Shown one piece after another: positions 28,349-38,268 of a DNA stretch of 64,000 bases (position 1 is its first letter; every line of letters begins with the position of its first letter). A program made the translations under genes and the position numbers. Source of the DNA: an uncultured Planctomycetaceae bacterium. GTDB lineage: Bacteria > Planctomycetota > Planctomycetia > Planctomycetales > Planctomycetaceae. The notes beneath the pieces were generated by a model that was not told where the DNA came from, searched no databases, and saw nothing but the letters and a program-made list of their open reading frames with translations. The stretch covers positions 152 to 64,151 of the forward strand of contig CAIYBH010000471.1 in NCBI GenBank assembly GCA_903924405.1, read 5' to 3'.

Positions 28349-29629
28349 TTACGGGGAACCCGTGTCCAGATCCATCCAGACGAGTCGGTGATCGGAACAG
28401 TCAATCAGTTCGAAATCTGGCGATCCTGGCAGTGGCCAGAACACACTTGCATCCCTGACCTTCAGTCCACTGGACGGCAGTACGTAATCCGCGCGAAGAT
28501 TGCCTACCGAGCGGTCTGAAAAATCGGCCGTATCATGCCGCGCATTGCCCTGTTGCCGCAGGTTGGCCTGCCCCTGCTGTTTTGCAGCTTCCTCCGCCCC
28601 ATCACTCTGAGGAATCACAGCAGCATTCACCCGGGGATGCTGCAGCAGTTGCTGGATGGCCCCGGTTACGCTGCCCCCGTCAACAGGATCCGCATTCAGG
28701 TCACCGAGGATCACGAACTGCTCATCCACTGCCATTCCGCCGGATACCCCGGCGTCGTCGATGATCCATGCTTTGGGACCTGTCGTCAGATATTCCTTCC
28801 AGAAGCGGATTTCATCGTGGTTGCGTCGTCCATTGCGGTCCTCAGCTCCATCAAAGGCAGGCGGTGTCGGATGACTTGCCAGAATGTGAACCACCTGAGA
28901 ACCCACGACAAACGGGAGATCCCAGTGGCTTTTGGAGGACAACGCCAGAACATCGAGATCCTGAGCGGAGTACCACGACTTCCCACCTTCGGATGTCAGC
29001 GGCAGAAGTGGATTCGGCAGGCTCTTCCAAAGCAGATTTCGGAAGGTTCGCACCTGAGACTGGCGGAGTGGAAATCGGGACAGCACCAGCATTCCATACT
29101 GCCCGGGAAACTTCCCGAAACCGACCGCGTCCGCCGGACCATCTTTCTGTCCGTCGTGATCCAGATCCCGATCTGTCGGAACGCCGGTGTTGACGGGCAA
29201 GGATACGGTGAATTCATAGGTGAGCGGCTCCTCGACGACCCAATCGCCAGTTGCCTGCAGATACTCAGTCAGAAATGACCGTACAGCCGTGCCGGATTCC
29301 TCGAAGTCAAACTCGTTCAACAGCACAATGTCCGGGCGGATTTTCCGAAGAATCCGGGCAACTTTTCGCGCCTGGACGCTGGTTCCACCGGCCAGATCCC
29401 GGGACAACTGGCCGCTTTCCTCCCTGTTCAGGCTGCAGTTGAATGTTGCCACGCGGAATTTCGTCTCTGACGCACTGAGGGAAACCGCTGAGGATCCCCA
29501 GAGGCTGGCAAACACCAAAGCAAGGCATCGCTGCCAGCCAAAATGCAAACAACGAGGCCGCTGACGTCCCCCGAACACGACGAATCTGCCCGCCATTTCA
29601 GCCACCCCAAATCGCAACGCACTCTGCAC
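28349..29629 (-). CDS. Secreted endonuclease/exonuclease/phosphatase (EEP) family protein
   Basis: FRVATFNCSL...IRPDIVLLNEFD, ILGDLNADPVDGGS, LRADYVLPS and CSDHRLVWMDL are EEP catalytic blocks. 29629 is a GTG; the alternative ATG at 29596 gives MAGRFVVFGG...signal peptide. Confidence 0.85.
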   Translation of the reverse strand: MQSALRFGVAEMAGRFVVFGGRQRPRCLHFGWQRCLALVFASLWGSSAVSLSASETKFRVATFNCSLNREESGQLSRDLAGGTSVQARKVARILRKIRPDIVLLNEFDFEESGTAVRSFLTEYLQATGDWVVEEPLTYEFTVSLPVNTGVPTDRDLDHDGQKDGPADAVGFGKFPGQYGMLVLSRFPLRQSQVRTFRNLLWKSLPNPLLPLTSEGGKSWYSAQDLDVLALSSKSHWDLPFVVGSQVVHILASHPTPPAFDGAEDRNGRRNHDEIRFWKEYLTTGPKAWIIDDAGVSGGMAVDEQFVILGDLNADPVDGGSVTGAIQQLLQHPRVNAAVIPQSDGAEEAAKQQGQANLRQQGNARHDTADFSDRSVGNLRADYVLPSSGLKVRDASVFWPLPGSPDFELIDCSDHRLVWMDLDTGSP

Positions 29630-29864
29630 GTGCTGCCGATCTGAGTGATTTCCGGATTGTCAGCAGCGTGTCACCAATCCGGTACCCCGGATCTTACGAG
29701 CGAAGATGACGTTGGAAAGTGCCCCCGGAGAAATTCCCTGTCACTTCCGGGATTCGCGATGGAATCGATTCACCGCTCAGGTTCCTCGAGACCGCCCAAC
29801 ATCACCTCAGCAGACTCACACGCGCTCGTCCCGCCTCAATGCACCGAATCCACCTCCCCTGCAT

Positions 29865-32800
29865 TCATGGCCGCAGCAACCTGACTCGAATCTCCTCAGC
29901 CAGCGATTCGGTCCCCCGACCATTCGATTGCTGCGTCTGTTCCTCAATCAGCCCCTGACGAAGCGCCTCTACCTGTATTCGCAACTCCGGCAGGTCATAC
30001 ACTTGCAGCAAAGCCAACGCTTCGTTCAGAACGCATAGTCGTACCAGACGCTGCGGACACCTGTTGAGCTCATTCAGCGCCTGTCCGATCAGTGATTCAG
30101 CCTCAGCGACCGGTAATCGGGATGTCACCAGCGATTCCCGAATCAGCAGCAATTTCGCCAGCGACTGAGTAGTTCGCAGACTCACCGGAATTTCAGCCCT
30201 GGCAATCGCATCTGTCACTTTGTCAGTTGTCATCGGCACACCCACAAGCTGCTCCATCAGGTGCTGGTGCAAATTCTTAGTTACCGATGTGACGGGAAGT
30301 TTTCGAGTCAGTAACACGGCCGCGCACGTCAGTCCGGCTGGCAGATTCCTGCTGTCTTTCATCTGAAGCAGGGATTTCAACAGACGGGACTGGGTACTCT
30401 CCTCAGAAAATTCCGCCCTCGTGATTGCCTGGAACAACAGACTCTCTGCACGAATCTCCCTCAGCTTCTCGACATCAATACAACCCGGATCGCTGGTACC
30501 GGATAATTCCAGCAACAGGTCGACATCGAACGGAGATCCGGCGTCCGAAGTCGCTGGCTCCTCGAGGCAACGCTCCAGCCACTTCAGCATCTGCTCCGCC
30601 CCGATCTGCTGCAGACCCCACCGTCGAGCTGCATTCCAGCGTGAGCGAAATGCGATTGCCTTGTCTTCGCCAAGATCCCGCGTGAATCGATCCACATCAT
30701 GAGACGTCACGCTCAGCAACAAACCGGTTGCATCGACGGGATAGCCGGAATGCTGAATCTGCTCTGCCGTCTGCAGCAGACGACGAATCGTCTCCGGACC
30801 TGCGGCCGCCAATTGCTGAGGCCGCAGATTACGCACCTGCTGCAGAAGCAGGTCCTGTGCGTCACGCGGTCTGCCGGTTTGTTCATACAGGTTCACCAGC
30901 GCCAGTGTTGTCTGCTGCGACAGATCGCTGTTCATGGTCTTCACGGTCAACAAGCCCTGCAGAATCTGCAGACGAATCTCCGCTTGAGACGGGCTCTGAT
31001 CCGCTAATCGTTCCTGCAGCAGGAACAAGGCCGCAGCCTCAATAGCGAGCAATTCCTCTGCCCCGCGCGATTCCTGCCCTCGAACCTGTTCCAGCATTTC
31101 GACAAGCTGCTGTGAGGCTGCCGCGTGGTCATTCCGTGCCAGACTGACGAACACCTGCACAACACGGATTTCCGACCCGCTGACAGACTCAGGCTTCAGT
31201 ACCGACAACGCCTGGTTCCAGCTCTCCGGATCCTGCAGGCGACCAAGGATCCGCAGCACCTCATCCAGAATCACTCGCCTTTCAGCCGGATTCCATCTGT
31301 CCGCCTGATGCAGTGCTGTCAGCTCATCGAGGATCGCGGGAAGAACTGTCGATTCAGTAGCGAGACCGGGCCGGGCAAGGACGGTCGCAATTGCCGTGCG
31401 CCGCGTATCGACATTTTGCAGTAGTGTCGACAACGCAGCAGCCACGACTTCCGGTGCTTGTCCGGAGGTTGACACGTCGGCAAGAACATTCAGCAGCAGG
31501 CGACTGTGATCCCTCCAGCACGATGGTTCCGCTCGAAGTACCGCGTCCAGAAAATCCGCACGCCGGTTCGCTCGCTCAAATGCCTGATAGATCGTTTCAA
31601 TCTCCTGCTCAAACGCCAGCGGATCCTCTTTAAGAAACTGCAGATATAAATCACAGGCCTCTGAGGTTTTTCCGGCGGTTTCCAGTGCGGCCGCCTGCTT
31701 TTTCAGTCCCGGAGGCACACGGTTGGATAACACAGCGATCCGATCCCGCTTTGCATTCAACAGCTCCCACTGCTCTGCTGCTTCATGAAACTCCGCCAGA
31801 ATTTCCAGCAAAGCCATCGAATCCGGCGATGCGGCCAGCATCGTTTCGTATCGATCAATCAACGGCTGGAGCCGTCCGAGCCTGCCCAGCGCTTTGATCG
31901 CCTGCAGCCGTTCACCGCCATCATCCCGGTCATCGTTGGGACGCAGACCGGAAAACAGGTTCCCTCCCGACGACAGCTTGAGTAACTCCCAGGCGGCTTC
32001 AGCGGCAAGCTCCTGATTGGCCGAGTTCATCCAGCTCTGCAGCTGCCGACCAAGGACTGCCACTCGGGTTTCTGCACCTCGTCCCAGCCTCGCTTCAATC
32101 GCCTGTGCATCCTCGCCCATGCCCAGTCGATCCAGCACCGGGATCAGACTCAACTGCTGCTGTCGGGACAACGGCAGTCCGGTTAGTCGCAGCGCAGCCT
32201 GTCGAGCACGTTCCGGGCGATCATTCGCAAGGCTGACATTCAACACCAGGAGTTCACCATCAATCACCACTCGCGGATCCGAAGTCGCCAATCGCTCTGC
32301 GACTGCGATCGCTTCATCAATCAGGTCCAGCCCGACGATCTGCTCAGCAATCCATAGCCGCAGATCTGTTGCCTCAGGTGCCTGCTCCGCTGCCACCAGC
32401 AACTGATACAGCATCGGCACAAGTTCCCCGCGCTGCCGCAGCAAGTCCGCCTGCAACATCCTGCGACCAAACTCAGACACAGTCGATTCAGCCAGCCCCA
32501 GTTGCTGAGTCACTTCCGCGGATGTCCCCTCACACACCAGCACCGCTCTGGCCAGCACCTGCGAGATCAGCCGCTCGCCCGCATCCGCCGCCGCCACCTG
32601 ATGCCGAAAACTAATTGCTCCCGGTTGCGAAATGGCCAGCAATCGCGGTGTCAGGGCCCGCTGCTCCATCTGCCGACATCGCAACAGGACCTGCAGCATC
32701 GCCCGCACGTCATCCCTGGTTTCCAGCATGCCTGTCAGCAATCGCTGGTCCGTCTGCTCCAGCTGCCTTCGCAGCTGCAGCACAGTTTCCCCGTCCGGAT

Positions 32801-35800
32801 TTCGCGTCTGCATCTGCGACAGAAACTGTCGCAGTAACGAGGCGTCCTGCCACTGAACGGCCTGCTGCAACACAAACAATAAATGAGGGAGCGTCGATTG
32901 TGGTGACGTGGCCATTTCCAGCAGCCACCCCCGATAATCCTCACGACGCAATCGAAACAGCGCCGGCGACGACCAACGCCCACTGGCCAGTAACCATTCC
33001 GGGTGTGAGACCAGTTGACGCAGACGTCCCAGACACGCAGTTTCCAGTTCCCCCCGATCCCGTTCCGCCGTTGTCACTCCTGGCGCCATCAGCAAACGCT
33101 GCCGAATACGAAATCGGATGACCACGGCCACGACGTCCTGAGAATTCTCCAATGCCTCGTCGACTGCCCACAGCAGCGTATCGTCCCTGAATTCTGCCGG
33201 TGCTGATTCCACAATCGCCACTACGGGCCCCCAACCCAGTTGCTGTGGACACCTCTGCTGAATGACGTCCCGGACCGCCATCGGCCCCGAGCACTGTGCC
33301 AGAATCCCGAGGCATTCCGCGCACGCATCACCGAATGTGGTTGCGTCCCCGCTTCGTGGTTGCTGCCACGCTGTTAGTTCGGCCATAGCAAACTGTGACG
33401 GAGCCGCCAGTCCTGCTCCAGCGGTGCCAGACGATGCCGGCACAGCCTCCATCGGCAGTGTCAAACTCAGTACCGCGCGGGCCGCTTCCTCAGCATCCGC
33501 AGACTGCCCCCCACGAACAGCCAACCGCGCCAGTTGCAGCAGCGACCACCAGTCTTCCGGATCGGCAACTCGCTGCTTTCTGCACAAATCCAGCATCACT
33601 TCTGTCAACTCGAGCGACTCGGCAAGTCGAATGGCCGTGTGCACATCCGTCCGCAGAGGTCGATCGGCGACAGACTCGCGAATCAGGTCCCCGGGGGAAA
33701 ACTGTCGAAGATCAACATTTTCCATCGCAAGCAGGCGACGCACATCATCCGGGTCACGAGTGATGCGCAGCAACTGCAGTTGATAACGAGTCGCCGCTTC
33801 CGCGTTCTTCTCTCTTTCCGCCAACGCTACCAGTTCCGTCAGCAATGTGGTGTTCTCCGGGGTTTCGGCCAGCAGTGATTCAAGAGCTGCTCGTGCCTTT
33901 CGAAAATCGCCCGACTCACGAGCGACCGTTGCCAGATCCCGAGTGGCTTCACCAGGCTCCCGCCCCTCGCGAGACCGCTCTTCAAGACGCTGCAGTAACG
34001 CAGGCAGTGTCTGACTGCGCAGGGCGAGGTCCGTCAGTGAGATCAGCAACGCTTCACGACTATCCGACTCTGCCGACCGCTCAAAGGCACGCCAGTACAG
34101 TTCCATTGCCTCAGCCGTCTGGAACTCATCCGCCAGTGTTTTGGCCAGAGACTTTAACGCCGCTTCATCATCGGGATTGATACGAACGGCTTTCCGCAAC
34201 GCCGCAACCGCTGCCGCTGGTTGTCCCGCTTCAAAGGCAATGTCCGCATAAAACTGCCATGAGGCCACCGCTCCGGGAGCCGATTTCGTGATTTGCTCCG
34301 CGACTTCCATGGCCCGCTGATAACGCCCCATGCGCACTTCCAGCCCCGCTAGCCTGCGCAGGTGTTCCGACTGCCCCCGGCGATCAATCTGCTGCAGCTT
34401 TTCCAACGCATCGGCCGCATCCCCGTAACGCCCCGTGCGTTCATACAACGCCGTCAACTGCTCCCATGCCGTCACTTTATCGTCGTCAAGCTGAGTCAGC
34501 TGCTGGCAGACTTCCACCGCCTCATTCAATCGTCCGGCAGCCTCCAGGCAAACCATCAACTGCTGTCTCAACGCAATCCCGGAAGACGACTCTACTGACA
34601 GCACACGCTGCAATCGCAGAATCTCGGAATCCAGCTGGCCGGTCGCCAGCAGAATCCGTACACGCTGACTTTGCGCCTCTGTACGCTGTTCGGGTGTCGC
34701 TGCAGCTTCAGCAGCCTGATCCAGTTGCCCTAACGCCTCGCGAATCAGCTCACTTGCCCCCACTGCATCATCGACTGGCAACTTGGCTCCACCCACCGCC
34801 CCCTCATCAATTCCGCTGTGGGTGTCATAGCCTGAGGCCTGCAGCAGGAGGTCCGCGAACAATAATCGGTCCGAAAATTCCGGTTGCAGCTCACAGGCTT
34901 CGCGCAGGACCGCGATCGCTTCCTCCAGCCAACCTGCACGCCGCAGAATGCCTGCCAGACGCACCAGATTGTCCCGGGTCCGTTGCGATCCTTCCGCCAT
35001 CCCCTGCCAGACCGCCAATGCTTCCGACTTCTTTTGCTGTCGACTCAGGAACTCCCCAAAAGCTTCACGATATTGCAGCTGTTCCGGCGCGGCTTCCATT
35101 GCCTGCTGATACAACGCCCGCGCCCGCTCTGTGACTCCAGCCCGGTTCATCAACTCAGCAACCCGGCTGAGCACTGCAGCATCCCCGGGCGACGCCGCCA
35201 CCAGCTGTTCCCAGACCCGCACCGCTTCAGCTCGCTGCTGGTCAGGCGCCTGATCCGGGCGTCCCAGACACAACAGGCCCCACGCCACACGATGATCATC
35301 TGTCGCAGTTCCTGCATCCGCCAGAAACTCATACTGGAGAATGGCCTGGCCAATCCGACCATTGCGAACCAACTGCTCAATCAGAACCTCGCGCACACTC
35401 ACGTCACCTGGAGCAGCTGCGACCGCCTTCTTCAGCCACGCTTCAGATTCCTGCGGGCGTCCCATCAGCCCCAGCACAGAGCCCAGACGACTCATCACAT
35501 CCACATCTTCCGGCTGCTGCTGCAGCCAGAGTTCGTAGTACCGCGAAAGCCCGGCCAGGTCCCGCGTATCACGATAAACGGTTTCAATCCGTCCACGAAT
35601 GTCCCGATACAGCCAGCCCTCAGGATCAACTTCCGGAATCAGACCTGAGAGGAGTTCCACCGCAGCGTCGGTCTGCTTCAACTGCAGCAGCATCTCGGAC
35701 ATTTGCAACTGCATCGGAATCCGTTGTTCAGGATCGTCCGATAAGTCGGCAAGCTGCCGGTATCGATCCAGCGCCTCCTGCCAGCGCCCCTCCTGCGCCA

Positions 35801-36506
35801 TCGCCGCAGCAATCTGCTCTCGAACCCGACGGTCCGCCGGAAACTGCTGTTCAAGACGCATCCAGACCGCCAGCGCCTCGTCCGGTCGTCGAGCTCGCTG
35901 CAGTGTCCCGGCATACTCCCGATACAGCTCCAGCAGATCTGCACGCCCCGGCCGCAGGGCAATTGCGCGTTCCCACGAGGCCACCGCCTCAACCGTCGCC
36001 TCCCGCTCAGAGTAGGCGCGGGCGAGGTACCAATGCGCAATGGGGTTGTCTGGTTGCGCCTGCACGACCTGCTGCAGCAACTTCACGGCTGCATCAGCTT
36101 CTGAATGACGCAGATCCAGCATTGCCGCCAGCAGCAACGCAGTTTCCTTTGCACACGCCGGCGGAATGGTCAGGGTCGGTACAGATGCGTCGCCCGCTTG
36201 TTCCGCAGCAGCATCTTCTTCAACCACCAGCCCCGCATGCCGCAGAAGATTGCGACGAAACTCCACAACCACGCCCCGTTCCGCATGCCATGCGTAGACC
36301 CGGTCGAAGGTTGTTCCGTATCGCGCGTTGCGAACGAGGGCAGCGAGCAACTTTTCGGCGCTGGCCCGCTCTGCCTCGTCCGCCCGAAGGCCACCACCCG
36401 ACAACACACACACCAGCCACAGGACACTCGTCGCGCCCCGCAGCCACCACGTGATTGCCGACCACGCACTCCGCATCGTTCCCCTTCGGCCAGTAACAGA
36501 GTTCAT
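29865..36506 (-). CDS. Giant (2213 aa) TPR-repeat protein with N-terminal signal/anchor
   Basis: ATG at 36506. WWLRGATSVLWLVCVLSGGG hydrophobic N-terminus. Many TPR-like helical pairs (AHWYLARAYSEREATVEAVASWERAIALRPGRADL, EAFGEFLSRQQKKSEALAVWQGMAE, etc.). Confidence 0.9.
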   Translation of the reverse strand: MNSVTGRRGTMRSAWSAITWWLRGATSVLWLVCVLSGGGLRADEAERASAEKLLAALVRNARYGTTFDRVYAWHAERGVVVEFRRNLLRHAGLVVEEDAAAEQAGDASVPTLTIPPACAKETALLLAAMLDLRHSEADAAVKLLQQVVQAQPDNPIAHWYLARAYSEREATVEAVASWERAIALRPGRADLLELYREYAGTLQRARRPDEALAVWMRLEQQFPADRRVREQIAAAMAQEGRWQEALDRYRQLADLSDDPEQRIPMQLQMSEMLLQLKQTDAAVELLSGLIPEVDPEGWLYRDIRGRIETVYRDTRDLAGLSRYYELWLQQQPEDVDVMSRLGSVLGLMGRPQESEAWLKKAVAAAPGDVSVREVLIEQLVRNGRIGQAILQYEFLADAGTATDDHRVAWGLLCLGRPDQAPDQQRAEAVRVWEQLVAASPGDAAVLSRVAELMNRAGVTERARALYQQAMEAAPEQLQYREAFGEFLSRQQKKSEALAVWQGMAEGSQRTRDNLVRLAGILRRAGWLEEAIAVLREACELQPEFSDRLLFADLLLQASGYDTHSGIDEGAVGGAKLPVDDAVGASELIREALGQLDQAAEAAATPEQRTEAQSQRVRILLATGQLDSEILRLQRVLSVESSSGIALRQQLMVCLEAAGRLNEAVEVCQQLTQLDDDKVTAWEQLTALYERTGRYGDAADALEKLQQIDRRGQSEHLRRLAGLEVRMGRYQRAMEVAEQITKSAPGAVASWQFYADIAFEAGQPAAAVAALRKAVRINPDDEAALKSLAKTLADEFQTAEAMELYWRAFERSAESDSREALLISLTDLALRSQTLPALLQRLEERSREGREPGEATRDLATVARESGDFRKARAALESLLAETPENTTLLTELVALAEREKNAEAATRYQLQLLRITRDPDDVRRLLAMENVDLRQFSPGDLIRESVADRPLRTDVHTAIRLAESLELTEVMLDLCRKQRVADPEDWWSLLQLARLAVRGGQSADAEEAARAVLSLTLPMEAVPASSGTAGAGLAAPSQFAMAELTAWQQPRSGDATTFGDACAECLGILAQCSGPMAVRDVIQQRCPQQLGWGPVVAIVESAPAEFRDDTLLWAVDEALENSQDVVAVVIRFRIRQRLLMAPGVTTAERDRGELETACLGRLRQLVSHPEWLLASGRWSSPALFRLRREDYRGWLLEMATSPQSTLPHLLFVLQQAVQWQDASLLRQFLSQMQTRNPDGETVLQLRRQLEQTDQRLLTGMLETRDDVRAMLQVLLRCRQMEQRALTPRLLAISQPGAISFRHQVAAADAGERLISQVLARAVLVCEGTSAEVTQQLGLAESTVSEFGRRMLQADLLRQRGELVPMLYQLLVAAEQAPEATDLRLWIAEQIVGLDLIDEAIAVAERLATSDPRVVIDGELLVLNVSLANDRPERARQAALRLTGLPLSRQQQLSLIPVLDRLGMGEDAQAIEARLGRGAETRVAVLGRQLQSWMNSANQELAAEAAWELLKLSSGGNLFSGLRPNDDRDDGGERLQAIKALGRLGRLQPLIDRYETMLAASPDSMALLEILAEFHEAAEQWELLNAKRDRIAVLSNRVPPGLKKQAAALETAGKTSEACDLYLQFLKEDPLAFEQEIETIYQAFERANRRADFLDAVLRAEPSCWRDHSRLLLNVLADVSTSGQAPEVVAAALSTLLQNVDTRRTAIATVLARPGLATESTVLPAILDELTALHQADRWNPAERRVILDEVLRILGRLQDPESWNQALSVLKPESVSGSEIRVVQVFVSLARNDHAAASQQLVEMLEQVRGQESRGAEELLAIEAAALFLLQERLADQSPSQAEIRLQILQGLLTVKTMNSDLSQQTTLALVNLYEQTGRPRDAQDLLLQQVRNLRPQQLAAAGPETIRRLLQTAEQIQHSGYPVDATGLLLSVTSHDVDRFTRDLGEDKAIAFRSRWNAARRWGLQQIGAEQMLKWLERCLEEPATSDAGSPFDVDLLLELSGTSDPGCIDVEKLREIRAESLLFQAITRAEFSEESTQSRLLKSLLQMKDSRNLPAGLTCAAVLLTRKLPVTSVTKNLHQHLMEQLVGVPMTTDKVTDAIARAEIPVSLRTTQSLAKLLLIRESLVTSRLPVAEAESLIGQALNELNRCPQRLVRLCVLNEALALLQVYDLPELRIQVEALRQGLIEEQTQQSNGRGTESLAEEIRVRLLRP

Positions 36507-36527
36507 GAACGAATGTGTCCTGCCTTC

Positions 36528-36572
36528 AAAAACAGAAAAAGCAGGCCTTCGCCGGATGGCAAGTGCCTGCTT
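36528..36572 (-). terminator. Intrinsic-terminator-like hairpin + T-tract between the lipoprotein gene and the giant TPR gene
   Basis: Minus strand: AAGCAGGC-ACTTGCC-atcc-GGC(g)AAG-GCCTGCTT (extended ~14-bp stem with small bulges) followed by TTTCTGTTTTT. It lies ~135 nt after the lipoprotein stop, and the T-tract ends ~20 nt before the ATG at 36506. Confidence 0.65.
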
Positions 36573-36709
36573 CGTCAGACCCGCTCGTCAACACACGCGG
36601 AGTTCAATCTCTCGGGACATCGCCCGACCTGCATTGCTGACTCGATGCCGAACACCGTACGGCAACACTCCGGCTGCGGCAGCCACATCGCTCGCAGGCC
36701 AAACAGTCC

Positions 36710-36904
36710 TCAGCCCGATCCGGGAATCTTGCCCTTGTACTTGCCCATCGACTTCTTCATGGACTCTTCCATCTGCTTCTTGATTTCTTCGTCACTCTTG
36801 GAGTTCTGTCCGCCCTCGGTCGGTGCCAGTTCCGGAGTACCACCGCAGCCGGAAATACAAAACGTGACCAAGAGACACAAAGCAGGAATCCATGGGGATT
36901 TCAT
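36710..36904 (-). CDS. Small lipoprotein (64 aa), Lys/Glu-rich
   Basis: The ATG at 36904 is preceded by GAGGAG. MKSPWIPALCLLVTFCISGCGG has a lipobox (ISGC). Confidence 0.7.
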   Translation of the reverse strand: MKSPWIPALCLLVTFCISGCGGTPELAPTEGGQNSKSDEEIKKQMEESMKKSMGKYKGKIPGSG

Positions 36905-36960
36905 CGCAATACTCCTCGGGAAGACCGTAAACATTGTGGACCAGTTCCACTACCTCGCGA

Positions 36961-38268
36961 TCAGTATACCTTTTGACCCGGCGAGGGCAAATCGGCCTGC
37001 AGTTGCTTCCACGCTTCCACCTCCCGCGGCCGATTCAATTGCCGGTAAAACTCAGCCAGAACCCCTACGTTGTCCGCTCGACTTAAATCCAGCAAGGCTC
37101 GTCGCAGGGGCTGCTGGGCTTCCAGTTCCATCAGCAGTTCGATCTCTTTCGCTCGCGCACGCGATTTCTCCGCAGCCTCCCGCTGCCCCAGCCTCGCCTC
37201 GGACTGAGCACGAAAATGCAGCAAAGACCAGTCCACTGGACCAGGCCAGATTTCCAGTGCCTGATTCAACTCTGAAATCGCTGCCTGATCGTTTCGATCG
37301 ACGATCTGCAGCACTCGCCCTGCCGTCCTGTGATACAGAAAGTGATCCTTCGCGGCCCCCCAACGCTCGAACCACGCCTTCGCGTCGTCCAGTCGCCCCA
37401 GCTCCAGCAGCAAATCAATCCATGTGGCCAGAAAAAATATGTTGGTCACCGCGTCCGGGTTTGCCGACACCGCTTCCAGCACCTGCAATGCCGTTTCCCG
37501 GTCACGGAGATGCACAAGAAAAGCCGCTCGCGCTGTCGCCGTACTCACGGCCTGAGGCTCATGCTCCTGAAACGCTTTCAAACGCGCTAACACAACGTCA
37601 TCAGAATTGTACTGCCCCTCTGGCAGAAAACCCATGCGTCGGTCCAGTTCGGCATTTCCTGAATTCGGGCTGAACTGACTGAAATACCAATCCGCGAGAC
37701 GACCGGGACGCAACTCTTTCGGTGACCGCTCCAGAGTACTCCAGAAGTACGGCTCCGCATACTGAAAACGCTCCGTCAGGTCGTACAGCTTCCACATTAA
37801 ATAGTGCGCGTCCACGGGGGCCGAATCCAGTTCCAGCGAACGTCGCAGTTTCCGTTCTGCGAGGTCGGGCTGCTGCAGGACCAGCAGCGCCAGGCGGCCC
37901 TCACGCATGCGCGATTCAGCACCCTCCTCAGCGTCATCAGTGATCTTCGCCAGACGTTGCATGGCCAGTTCTGCGGCTTCCCGCGGATCGCGCCCACGTC
38001 CACTGATCACCGCCTGCGCCCATAACAGGATGGCCTCTCCGTCGTCCGGAAACCGCCGCAGATAATTCTCCAGTGCTGCTTCCGCAAGATGATCCCGCCG
38101 CTCCAGTAAGTACTGACGCCCGGCCGCCAGGTCATCTCTCGCACGCGCGTCCGCCGCCCTCTCCCACAATACCACCGCGATCGCTGACAGCACAGTCAGC
38201 ACGATCGTGAACCACAGCAGCCAGCGCCGACCCGCAGTTCCAGCAGCGAATTCTCCTCGGTCACTCAT
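36961..38268 (-). CDS. Membrane-anchored TPR-repeat protein
   Basis: The ATG at 38268 overlaps the upstream stop (ATGA). MSDRGEFAAGTAGRRWLLWFTIVLTVLSAIAVVLW is a TM anchor. TPR-like segments follow (AEAALENYLRRFPDDGEAILLWAQAV..., ALEIWPGPVDWSLLHFRAQSEARLGQREAAEKSRARA). Confidence 0.8.
   Translation of the reverse strand: MSDRGEFAAGTAGRRWLLWFTIVLTVLSAIAVVLWERAADARARDDLAAGRQYLLERRDHLAEAALENYLRRFPDDGEAILLWAQAVISGRGRDPREAAELAMQRLAKITDDAEEGAESRMREGRLALLVLQQPDLAERKLRRSLELDSAPVDAHYLMWKLYDLTERFQYAEPYFWSTLERSPKELRPGRLADWYFSQFSPNSGNAELDRRMGFLPEGQYNSDDVVLARLKAFQEHEPQAVSTATARAAFLVHLRDRETALQVLEAVSANPDAVTNIFFLATWIDLLLELGRLDDAKAWFERWGAAKDHFLYHRTAGRVLQIVDRNDQAAISELNQALEIWPGPVDWSLLHFRAQSEARLGQREAAEKSRARAKEIELLMELEAQQPLRRALLDLSRADNVGVLAEFYRQLNRPREVEAWKQLQADLPSPGQKVY

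Noticed and set aside
36105-37673. 522-aa plus-strand ORF, and similar long antisense ORFs (38207..39100 +, 47286..48155 +, 47653..48702 +, 61130..62200 +, 52288..53106 -, 15519..16304 -, 22411..23637 -, 18320..19018 -)
   Set aside because: They are antisense to genes with strong family-level motifs. They are Pro/Arg/Ser-rich, as expected for stop-poor frames in GC-rich DNA. None has motifs.
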